Source of the DNA: the human T2T-CHM13v2.0 reference genome, Homo sapiens
Reading direction: 5' to 3' (one strand)
Length of the DNA: 64,000 nt
Assembly: GCF_009914755.1 (NCBI RefSeq)
Contig: NC_060927.1
The position numbers were made by a program, and so were the translations under genes. Of this stretch, positions 44,891 through 56,579 are shown one piece after another (the stretch's first letter is position 1; every line of letters begins with the position of its first letter). A model generated the notes under the pieces. It saw nothing but the letters and a program-made list of their open reading frames with translations, ran no database searches and was not told the origin of the DNA.

Positions 44891-45161
44891 GTAAGTAGTG
44901 TTTAGATTACTCAATTAATAGTTTCACCTTTAAAGATATTTAACTTAAATTCCTTAAGGGCCAAAGAACACACTTTTCTTTCCACCCCTACTTGCACCAG
45001 GCTTTGCACACAGTGGGTGATCAGATTATGTGATCATGATCATGGACAATGTTGAAACAATCCCTTTGTGGTGAGCTCTGACTGTCAAAAATAATTTTTG
45101 TTATGAACCTAAGCCACCTCCACGGTTTAAGACAGCAATCTGGGAGCCGCTCATTGTTCTC

Positions 45162-45180
45162 TTCCGCCATCTAGTGGCGC
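45162..45180 (-). promoter_or_regulatory. CTCF motif (GCGCCACTAGATGGCGGAA)
   Basis: Matches the core CCASYAGRKGGCR; sits in a local CpG cluster within CpG-poor intron. Confidence 0.75.
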
Positions 45181-46036
45181 TAGGGCTGCTTTCGTCCCTT
45201 CAACTCGCACTTTGGAGCTGCAGGGATTTTAAAATTGTAAATCAAATGGATGAATTGTTTTATTCTTGTCATTACAGTAAAAAGGGATTTATAGAGTGTT
45301 TCAAGAGATAAAAGGTAATAAATGTTAATAAAATTTAAGTGTAATACAATGGCAGACTTTAATTCTTGAACCTTTAAATTCATACAATTTAATTCCTTTA
45401 ATATGTTAAAATGTTAAGTTGAAATTGAAGAATAAAAATATAAACTATATTAAAGTTTTTGAAAGAAAGATTATCCTTTCAAGGTGCGCTTATATACTGG
45501 TTAAGAATGTTTTCATATAAAATAAATGTAATCATAGCAGATGTAAAGCAAACAAAGGGAACAAATAAAATTCTGGTAAGTATTGAATTGGTAGAGAATG
45601 TTTCCGTTCTGTATTTAAGCACTTGTCTTCAATTAAGTTAGAGATTATTCTCATTATTATTTATAAATGCAATACAATGTTTAATGAGTGTTGAACGATA
45701 TTTAGTTTTAATGTCCTATAATCTGGAACTTTCTTCAAATGGCATTATAGAGGGGTTAATTGTGTGAATCTAAAGTAAAAATAAATTTCTCTAATGAATG
45801 AAATAAAATATTTCTGAAGTGTGACTTATTTCCCATTAAAGCTATTTTTACTGAATAATTATAGGAAATGTTTCTGACATTTTAACATTATTCTGGCTTT
45901 CTTTTGATTTTAATTTAAAATGCCAGTGCTATTATGAAGTATTTAGATCTTTCTAATAAAAAATATTTAATTGGAATACCATTTTGTTTTTAATACAACG
46001 ATAAGCCAGCTAAGAAATCTCCAATTTGTTTTCCAG

Positions 46037-46186
46037 GGTGGAAAAATCCCCATAAGGTGGACAGCCCCAGAAGCCATCGCCTACAGAAAATTCTCCTCAG
46101 CAAGCGATGCATGGAGCTATGGCATTGTCATGTGGGAGGTCATGTCCTATGGAGAGAGACCTTATTGGGAAATGTCTAACCAAGAT
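46037..46186 (+). CDS. EPHA6: EPHA6 internal coding exon, kinase subdomains VIII-IX ([50 protein letters not shown])
   Basis: Acceptor tttgttttccAG|, donor GAT|gtaagt; 150 nt, phase 0/0. Carries the Eph-family IPIRWTAPE and SYGERPYW motifs; the peptide matches my recollection of human EPHA6. Confidence 0.96.
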
Positions 46187-49100
46187 GTAAGTGCTACCGA
46201 TAGTTAAACTGCCATTTTGTGAATGTAAACACATTAGCTTGAGGGGGAATTATGCCTTTTGTCCTCACTCAGATTGGCCTTTATCTTCCTGAGAACTTCT
46301 CATGGTCTATGGCTGAGTTTGAGAAGCTGAGTAACCTTTCACTCTGAGCTGTATTTGATGTCCTCAGGGACAGCTGCCAGGCTGTGCCATGTGAGTGCCT
46401 GATGCACATGTTACATCTCAGATTTCCATGCTTGTTCTAATGAAGTCTGACTGTGTTTGTGCAATAGCCTTGACCTACAAGTAAGACAAAAGAAAGAGTA
46501 ATGTTTACTTTTCGTTTCTTCCTTAGGGCAATTCAATGCAGCACTGTAAAGAGCAAATCAATTTAGACTAGATATCACTTAGAGGGAAAAAAGTGAATGC
46601 TTTCAGGCAATGCATTATCAATATGTGCCATCTAGTACGGTTCTTTTGATATGCATGACCCCTAATGCAAACTGTTTTGTTTCTATTTTATCTATAAAAC
46701 TACCTTGGTGGTTGATACTATAATATTATAGAACAGGAGAATTCACACATTGAACCCCTGTGACCTATCCACAGTGATAGAGACAGTATTCAGAAGATGC
46801 AGATACTCTGACAATGCAAATAAGTGTGCTGTCAGAGCTGACATTATATTTTAAGTTCCCACTTCCTCATCTCGAAATTCAGGCTTTGTCTACTCACCTG
46901 TTCTTCTCAAACTATAAGATGGTTTCTGATACAATGGTAATAAGAAATCACCTATAATGTGATTCTGAATGTTCATAGGTGAAAACAAAGGCTACGTAAC
47001 TATAGATAATCCCTAAACACTATTGCCACATCTCATTTATTTTTGCCAGTTTTAACACAACTTAAGCAACCCACACACACCTCCACACCTCATACTATCC
47101 CAATCTCAAGTTGTCCAAGTATCTTAAGGACTTAATCACAGAGAAAATTTATCCTTTTCTAATGTCAGGCATAGATAAGATTGGATTTTGGTTGGCTGGC
47201 AATGGCTAGTGTTTCTCCCTGCCATACAGTACTGCTTTTGAAGCTGACTCCTTAGTACTGTGGGTGTCTACTGACTCTGTGGAAAATGCTAGGTCCAGAA
47301 GTTAACGTAGCAGCAGGTTTGAGGCCAAACACACTGCTCAGTCATTGTTCTCCAAAGCACAACATCAAACTGCAAAGCCAGTGTGGCTGGGCCCTACAGA
47401 GCATTTGGCCTTAAGGACAAAGTGCATCGTAACCAGCAACCTTTGCTCCACCCCCGCAACACTTAGACTTTTTGGATCTGGGCCATTTGCCTACAGTCTG
47501 CTATTCATCAGGGAATCATATTTGAAGGACTCCTTTGCTCTTCCCTGCCATTGGGCTTTGTTTGGGGCAGTTCCTGGCTGCTTTTCCAGTTTTTCCTAAA
47601 ACTGAATTCCAGAGGCATAAATTTGTTCCTTCACTTTCAAAAGGAACCCATATTTGGGGATTTTGTTTGTTTGTTTGTTTTAACCAGTTACCTTAGGTAG
47701 TAAAAGCCCTGGTTTCAGTCACCATAATTCCTCTTCTGCCCTAAACTCAAGATAATGCTTGCCTGCTTGTCCTATTTTAACACAACCAAAATAGGCCATT
47801 CAAGCAAATGCCCAGAATAAAAAGTCCTTCTCCTCCAGATGAGTTATAGTCTTCACTGCACAGAAGAGTCTTCAAGTACCCTCCCTAATTGGTATTCTAT
47901 TTGGTTCTTGTCTTAACCAGTTCCCAGCAGACTTAAATCAGAGGGCCCAAAACTTTACTAATATACTGGTATCAGTAAGAAGTTCTTGAGCATCCATAGA
48001 TGGCATATGTATATTTATTTGCAGATTATATACAAGTACTACTGTACTAATATATTCATTTAAAACTATTTAGTGAATGCCTTCTCCATTCTAGGAACTA
48101 GGCTTTCACCAGAGAACACATATTACATTTGGAAGGGACTGTAAAGATTATCTAGGCCAATCCCTTTATTGGTCATGAAACTGAGGCATAGAGAAGTGAC
48201 ATATTTCCTTAAACTCTCATAGTGGTGACTTATTAATGCTCTTAGAAAATAATTCCAATAAACTTCTAGACTAGGTCATGGGCAAGGAGAAGAGGAATAA
48301 TTGTATCTTTCATGGTGGTTTTGTTTACAGTCCATGTAGCTCCTCACGTAGGGCCAGTGGTTTCTTGCCCTCATGGAGCTTACTTTCTAATGGGAGGGAG
48401 ATAGACTATAAACAAAATCGATAAGAGACATAGTATATAACATGATAATCACTGCTATGGGGGAAAAAAGCAAGAGAAGAGGATAAGAGATATTGGGTTG
48501 TTGATTTAAATATATATATATATTGCAAAATATATTCATAAAAGTCATTTATGGTCATAAAAGTAATAATCATTCTAATTAGACATTCATAAATAATCAT
48601 TCTTATAATAGGAGGATACAAATAAATATAAAAAGCAGTTCCATGATTTTTCCTGCCCCCCAGATTATGGCACCACCCATTTAGTAACCATGGCCACAGT
48701 TATGTGGACTATAACTCAACCATGAAAGACACTTAACTTTAAAAGTGCCTCACTTTCAATAAGTACAAGAAAGGGGTGAGATGATTTTTAATATCCACTT
48801 TAACAGTAACATGCTATGATTTTATAATCTCTGAAGAAATATTTATTATATTTTTCTCAGCAAATGGAATAAGGAATGATTCATAATATTCTTTTCTGAT
48901 GTTTAGGACTTTTCTGAATCTCTGCAGAGGTGCCAAGAATTAGATAGGATGTCCACAGAGCAGAAGGACAAATGAAGATGCCAGACCACAAGACAGATTT
49001 TTTAGGAGAGCAGCTTTTGCCCAAATGTGTAGTTTTCAACATAGTCCACCATGTAAATTGTTCTTAATAATTGTAGCCTAAAGCAGTCCAAACCCTGTTG

Positions 49101-50263
49101 TCCATCATCTTTTCCTGGATCTTGCCCAAAAGGTTGCCCAGCCATTCTGGCCATGTATATTGGTGATCTGTGTCCAAGACGACCATTTAGAGAGTGATTT
49201 TTGTCTATTAAACCTCATTTGGCCACAGAGGCTCTATCTGGAACCTGGAGAAGATGCTGCAGCCAGGAATAGAGTTCCAACATTAAGCTCATTCTCATTC
49301 GTTCAGGATTGCCAATGCTCACAGCACAAGGCTGAACTCTTCCTCCACCCAGAGCTTGATTGTTTTTCCACTAGGTAGGGTTTAAGCTGTTGTATTGTCA
49401 TGGTCTTGACGTGCATTACCAAAGAATATTCAAGCAAGAATCTGGGAAAAGGGGAAAAAAGAGGATGGAGGCCTGGGGGGTGAAAAAAACCCAAACCTTG
49501 AGGTCCTCACATCAATTCAAGACTACAGGAAAATAGTAGGAGCTAAAATCTTTTATGTATCTTGTGAATATTTTTGCTGCTGCAGTAAAGAGAGTTGAAA
49601 TTCTGTTTAGCTTCACATATTGGAAGTCAGCATAACTGTGACAGATCCTATAACCAGGATTTTGTTTGGAAGCAGAAATAGCTTAATCAAAAACTTCCCA
49701 GCTGCTCTTTCCAAATACTGGCTATTCCCTATCTGTCCTGCATTTCTCATTTATTTGATCAAAATACAGTATTACATTTGACTTTTACCAAGCAAGGCCT
49801 CTTTTAAATGAAAATGTGATAGACAATACAAATTTGACTATGTTCTGTGAGAATATTTTATATTTTTACTACAATTTGGTGAGTTTAACAAGGCTATTCA
49901 TACAGATCAAATGGAATGTTACCATGTTTTATGATTTTAAATTAGTTTAAGAAATTTCAGATTGTTTTTATGAGTTTCTCCGTTCTGCAGACTGTTGTAT
50001 ATTTTATTACAATGAACAATTCTGAATCTGCAGAATCTGTTTTAGTGAATAATATAATGAGTTTCCCAAAGGTCAGTGGTATTATACTTTAGGGAAAGGA
50101 AATGAGAAAAAAAGAGTACACAGAACTAGTCCATAAAAGACCTAACAAAATATAATAGCAGGTACCATCTGCTTAGCCATTCAGCAGTTAAGCATGCGCC
50201 AGTCATTAGACCAAATGTGTATGTGGGGTGGGGATGGGGAATTAGAAAATCCAGTTCTCAGTA

Positions 50264-50552
50264 GGCCAAGCATAGTAGCTCACACATATAATCAATGCTT
50301 TGGGAGGCTGAGGCAGGAAGATCACTTCCCAGGAGTTCCAGACCAATGTGGGGAATATAGCGAGACCTTGTCTCTACAAAATATAGAAAAAATTAGCTGG
50401 GTGTGGTGGCGCACACCTACAGTCACAGTTACTCAGAAGGCTTGAGCCCAAGAGTTCCAGGTGACAGTGAGCCATGATGATGTGTCACTGTACTCCAGCC
50501 TGGTGACAGAGTGAAGTCCGGTATCTTTTTTTTTTAAGGGAAATAAAGTAAA
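50264..50552 (+). mobile_element. AluJ, degenerate
   Basis: gagaccttgtctctacaaaa and gagccatgat J-type features; TSD agaaaatccagttctca / agaaaatgcagttttca. Confidence 0.9.
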
Positions 50553-51405
50553 AGAAAATGCAGTTTTCACTCTCAAAGAACCCACTATGTAGGTAATGAG
50601 ATAAAATTCTGGTATTTTTAAGTGTTATCCCCACCCCCAAATAGAATGTAGACTCATCAAGGGTAGATTCTGTGCCTTCTACTTGTTTTTTAAATGGAAA
50701 CAATACTGTGTGAAAACACAGTTATTGTTTAATAAATATATATGCCAAGAAAGCTTGCAGACCCTATTTTTCAGGGTTCTTTTGATTACAAATGAAAGAA
50801 ATGTAACCCAAAGTAACATAAGCAAAAATTAGGAAATTTTTTCATCATGAAACTAAGAAGGTGGTCCAGCATTGCTCAATCCAGAGGCTCGTGCAGGATT
50901 TTTAGTGCTTCACTAGGTGCATTGACCTCATTCTCTCCTACTGCTAAGTTCTTCGCTGTCTGCTTCTTTACATTCCAGGGCTCAGTATTCCAGCTTTGCA
51001 ACCCCAGCAAAACGAGACCTTCTTTCTGTGCAAATTCGTACACAAATCCCAGAGGAGATTCTGGCTGGCTTTGTTAGGACCTTGCCCAACACTAAACAAA
51101 AACCATGCCAGGGAAATGGACACTATGATTGACCCAGCTAGGTTTATATGCCAGTCTGTGCACTTAGAGGTGGTCAGAGCATTGTAACTGGCAGTTTCCC
51201 CATAATTACCTCGAGTGAGGGAGGAATTCCCCAAAGCAATGCAGTTGTGCTATCAGAAGGTGTATATTACTTTTTTGGTATATATCGTTTTCAAGAGCAA
51301 CTTTATTTACTGCAGTATCAAATAACAGCAAAATATTAACATTGTGCATCACTGTATTCTAATGAGGCAGCAGATGTTATTGAAAAGACCAGTCGGGCTT
51401 TAGAA

Positions 51406-51625
51406 CAAGATCTCTCAACCTTAGCACTATTGACATTTGGGGCCAAAAAATTCTTTGCAGATAAATATGTTACATGCTTTGCAGCACATTCAGCAGCATA
51501 CTCAGCCACTAAGAAGCAGATGCCAGTAAAACCCTCCCACACTGTGACAACCAAAAATATCCCAGATGTTGTCCCGTCATCAACATAAGATGGAGGGGAA
51601 AATCACCCCCAGTTAAGAGCCACCG
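51406..51625. mobile_element. MER20
   Basis: tctcaaccttagcactattgacatttggggcc...gtgacaaccaaaaat...aatcacccccagttaagagccac. Confidence 0.88.
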
Positions 51626-51629
51626 CTTT

Positions 51630-52060
51630 CTAGCTAGAAAGATCTGGGATCGAATCCCAGATCCACAATTCACTAGCCATATAATCTTAGGCAAGTTGTT
51701 TAAGCTTTCTGAGATACTGGGTATACTGAGGTTCAAAATACCCAGCTCTGGAATTTGAAAGAATTAGAGATAATATATGTAAAGTACCTGGTACATAGGT
51801 GTTTAATCAATGGTAATAATAGCTTACATTTTCTGGTCTTACTATGAGCCAAGTATTTTATATTATTAGCTCATTTAATTTTCAAGATTATTTTCTGTTG
51901 TAGGTAACCATTATTATTCCCATTTCTAGATAAGATAACTGAGGCTTATAAAGTACAAGTAGCTTACCCATGGTTACATAGCTGGTTACTGATAACACCA
52001 AAGTTCAGGCCCCCTGCTTACTCCTAAATGCATGCTTTTACCCGTTAAGCTCTACTGTGG
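51630..52060. mobile_element. Two MIRs, tail to tail
   Basis: cttaggcaagttgtttaagctttctgag (+) followed by attattcccatttctagataagataactgaggctt (-). Confidence 0.75.
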
Positions 52061-55060
52061 AAGTCCAATTTTCAAAGGAGTCTTCACACCACAGTTCTAC
52101 AAAATGAGATCAAAGCACATTTAATTATGCATGCTCCTCTATCACAAGAGTAGTATTTTTATTGTTTCCTATTCGCAAAATAATGTGGATTGACTCCCAG
52201 TTGTTTGGAAATATAAATATTTTCTGCAGGATTTTTGTCTTGATGTTAAAAATTTATAAAATGTACCATACCGTTACTATATTTCTTAAAAATATTTAAG
52301 GCAGTAGCTTAAAATCAAATTTTAAAGATTGACATATTTAGCCTATTGCCAGAAACATTTCACAAGTACCTTGAAAGTGTATAGCCCCTTGCTGTTTTCT
52401 AGCGTATGAAGATTTTTATTCTTTTTTATAAGGTATTTCAGGGTAATGTTTTATGTTATTTTCATCCAAGTTCGAAATAGTTATTATTTACTACATAATG
52501 GAAGTGCATTGTAATGCTGGAACTACACATGCTCCAAAGATGATACCAAGGGCACTGTGGTTCTTCCCTCCAACACTTATACCATGTAATGTAGTTAACA
52601 GAAGAAAATGGAAGCAAAACACGAACAGCAGGCAACATTAAATAACCAAATCCCCACAGAGCTCATATGTGGGGAAAAAAGTAGCGACACTTAAATGAGA
52701 GGTGACTTAGCTCAAGCTAATGATCTAAATGTAAGATTGCAGTCTTGGGTTTTGTTTTGTTTTGTTTCTTTCCCCTGACATGATGCTGTTAAAAAATAAA
52801 AATCACCTTGAAGCACTTTGAAGCCCAAATGCCTCCTGGGTATGGTATCATTTAGGCATATGCTAGCTAGCTAACTAGTTCAGTTTCCCAAAAAGAGAAC
52901 TGCTATCAGGGAGCATTTCATTTGAGGTTTACTAGAAAACAGGATGCTTCCTTGGTGTTTTTGTTTTCATTTATTTTTCCCTCCTTGCTTTTCAAATGCT
53001 TTTAAATAATAATGAGTTTTGCTTTAGATTGTTTTCTGAAACTCACCTGAGGGGGAAAATATGGAGTTTATCATTAGAATTTTATTTTTATAGGTGATGT
53101 GGTCAGAAACAAACTTTTGATCTTAGCTGAATTGATTTGTTTTTTCCAAATTTAAGAAGGAAGAAAATAACCTTTTACTGTACTTCCTGTTTGTCCTCAT
53201 AATTCTATAACCTTTCTCAATTATGGGTCAGTCTTTCAGCCAAGAATAGTGGATATGTAGAATCCACTTACCTGAAATGCAGCATGATTTTATGACTCAG
53301 AGATCCCAGTCATTTCCAATTTTTGTCTCTGATTAGATTTTCCAAACTCTACTTTATTATGTAATGGTCCTTGTGTAATGATCTGTGTAAGACACTACAG
53401 CAAATTGCTAAAAGCCCATTTCTATTATTTCAACCTTCCATAATACAGAGGAATTTTTACATTTATTTGAATATGTATTCTACCAAAGGAATTTTCAAAA
53501 AGGCCTTCGTTTTCCTAACTTTTCAGTAATTCTTACTGTTGGTAAATAGGCTATCGCAGTATTTTAATTAAATACATACTAATTACATGAGTATGATGTA
53601 CATCTGCTACAGAGGCAAGAATAATAGGGAATATTACAAGATGTAATCAATCATAATTCAAATAAGTTTCAAGGAGAAGAAACCAGTAAACAATACAGTA
53701 CTACCACAGTATAACTTTTAAGGGAAAATTTTTTTAACTGAATGACCACAAAACTGGAAAATGTGTACATGCCAGCAATATTTTCATAAAAAATTAATTA
53801 TACCTTTAATTTCTATTTGGAAGAAATATATTTACTAGCTTTAGAACTTACTTATGATTTTTATTCATTTTCATGCTCTTTGGAGCCTTTACAAAGAGAG
53901 CATTTTCAAATTCCCTTTTTCTTTGTAGTCATAATCTATTTTTCCATAGCTTTTAGATATTTTTAGTGGAGCCAGGAAATGTATTATTTAGAGTTGTCTA
54001 CTATCTTTCTAAAATCAAAATGATCCACCAGTGAAGAAATCTCATTTTTTTCCCAGAGAGTGCTTGGGAAATGGCACTAAGTCTTAAGAACATCAGCTTC
54101 TTAAAGAAAAAAAAATAGTCTCAGAAAAGTAGATTTGGAATGTGTCCTTGTATTTTCAAAAATGTAATTTGTTGTCCAGGAACTGGCATAGTAAGAAATA
54201 CCATGGTGCCCCAAATCTTCCTAGCTATACTTTACAAGGATATACTCTGGTTCTGTCTGTATTTTTGTCTCAGTATAGAGGTCCACCTAAGCACTTGGAA
54301 CTCTGTGAGAAATATTCCTTAGAATGGAGGCCAAATCCAGAATTAAATTTACAGAAACTCCAGATCTAGAGATGTTACCAAAGTTCCTACAGACTAAATC
54401 TTTGGTTTCAATGACCAGAATCATAGATTTTTTGAGGTGAAAGGTACTATTGCAGACAGAGTCCAGTCCTCTTTCCTTTATCAGTGAAGAGTCAGAGACT
54501 TGCCCAAAGGCAGAGCTTGGTTAGTGACAACTTAGGACTTCAGTGCGGTTTCAGGCAACTCCTTCTCTAATGTTGTTTCCATGACTTACAAACTGAATGA
54601 GACTTTAAACTGTTAGCAACAAAGATTTTTTAAATGATAAATCATGTCATCAACAACTTTTTAACATATGAGAGTCCTACATGTTGTTCCTCATTTTGTC
54701 CACTCATTTAACAATCCGTAAAAAGGAGACCTCCTGAAGGACCAACATTTTCTATTTTATATAGGTCCTTGACATGCTATTGTGACTTCCAAAAAGAAAG
54801 GATGGAGAATTGTCTTAGGTGTAGGATTTTAAGAAAGTTTTTTTTTAATCTTAAAGCTAAGAAGAAAATCTTAAAAAGAAAATCTTAGGCTAAATAACAA
54901 ATTAGTCTCTGAAAAAAGTGTTTTCTCTGTCTAAATATTTCATCACTGTAACGCCTTTTTTCTATAATTCTTTTTATTAGTATACCTAATTTCATTTGGC
55001 ATTTGATTGCTTTTAATTGAGTTATACATTCTGAATGTTGAAAAATATTGAATGAGAAAG

Positions 55061-55423
55061 TATATTAGTCCATTTTCACACTGCTATGAAGAAATAACCA
55101 GAGACTGGGTAATTTATAAAGGAAAAAGGCTTAATGGACTCACAGTTCCTCATGGCTGGGGAGGCCTCACAATCATGGTAGAAGACAAAAAGGAGTGAAG
55201 GCATGTCTTACGTGGTGGCAGGCAAGAGAATATGTGCAGGGGGACTGCCCTTTGTAAAACCATCAGATCTCATGGGACTTATTCACGATCACGAGAACAG
55301 CACGGGAAAGACACACCCCCATGATTCAATTACCTGCCACTGGGTTCCTCCCACGACATGTGGGGATTGTCGGAGCTACAGTACAAGATGAGATTTGGGT
55401 GGGGACACGGCCAAGCCATATCA
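55061..55423 (-). mobile_element. THE1B/C solo LTR
   Basis: tattagtccattttcacactgct...ccatatca; perfect TSD GAAAG at 55056-55060 and 55424-55428. Confidence 0.93.
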
Positions 55424-56579
55424 GAAAGTATAAAATTACAAGTGTTATTTACTTAGAACCACTTTCCTTCTGCCTTGTTTTTTCTTTTTCTTTTTTTTTT
55501 TGCTCATGTAGACACAATCTTTATATTGCACACCAGGAAAATACATTACCAGTGTTTTCAGTGTTATTGTATTATGAATATAAATATCCTAATCTGTATA
55601 AATAATCGTTACCACAAAAAGTAAGTATAGACTGTGACTCTCTGCTTTGCAATCCCCCTTCTACCTGAAATTATAGGTTTTCCACAAAGATGTGAAGAAT
55701 ATTTAGAAGGAAGATAAAAATAAAATCATTTCACATTCCATTTTCTAGTGTACATTTCAGCCCTTGTTAAATTTTGAGACAGTTTCTTTTTAAAAGACTG
55801 TATAAATAACTAAATTCAACGTGCCTCTCTTTTGGAGATACCTAGCAGCCTTATAACATAAAAATGTGATACCCTGCAGAGTCTAAGCAGTCCTTGCTCA
55901 ATAGTATTGTTCAGAGATGTCTCAATATCTTCTTATTGACTGTCTAATACTTGTTTTCCTTAATATAAGATGTGCATTGCCTTCTTTGATTCAGAAACCA
56001 TCAAGAAAATTGGAAAACTCATCAGATTCAGCAAGAGCAGAACAGCCTGCTACGTGCCCCAACTGAGCCTTCTGTTGATTCTAGGTTGTTAAAAATTGTG
56101 ATGTCAATGTCAAGAAACCAGTATGATCTATTTAGAATAAGCAGCCAGGTTTAAGATAATAATTTCTGACAGAATGTAATTCCTTCTAACTTTTCATAAA
56201 AATTATCATTGCAGTCATTTTCATATTTTTCACATTATTTTAATTTTCTTCTTACATTATAACCTTGTATAACTCTTCTTCCAAAGGATGACAGCCTACA
56301 AATATCATAAAACCAAACTGTTAAAAAATTCTCTCTAGTTAATTATCACCCCTTCGTATCCTAAGACAACAAACCTCAATTAGTCCTTTAGACAAAGCAC
56401 CCCATATGCTGCTCCCTGTCAGTCCTTAATTAGGGAATCAGAATATACCTCTAAATCAAAACTTTCCACAAAGAAAATGTTTATGAAGATAAAGGTTAAT
56501 ATAGGATTTCTCAAGCTTCTCTGAAAATTCAGCTTTCATAAATCACATATCTGACAATTGGCACTCCATTCTTTGACTT

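Noticed and set aside
45971-46207. ORF-track boundaries as the gene
   Set aside because: Only 46037-46186 is bounded by splice sites; the flanks are intronic read-through.
46626-46640. Second CTCF-like motif (GTACTAGATGGCAC on the minus strand)
   Set aside because: Lacks the conserved CC at the 5' end of the core.
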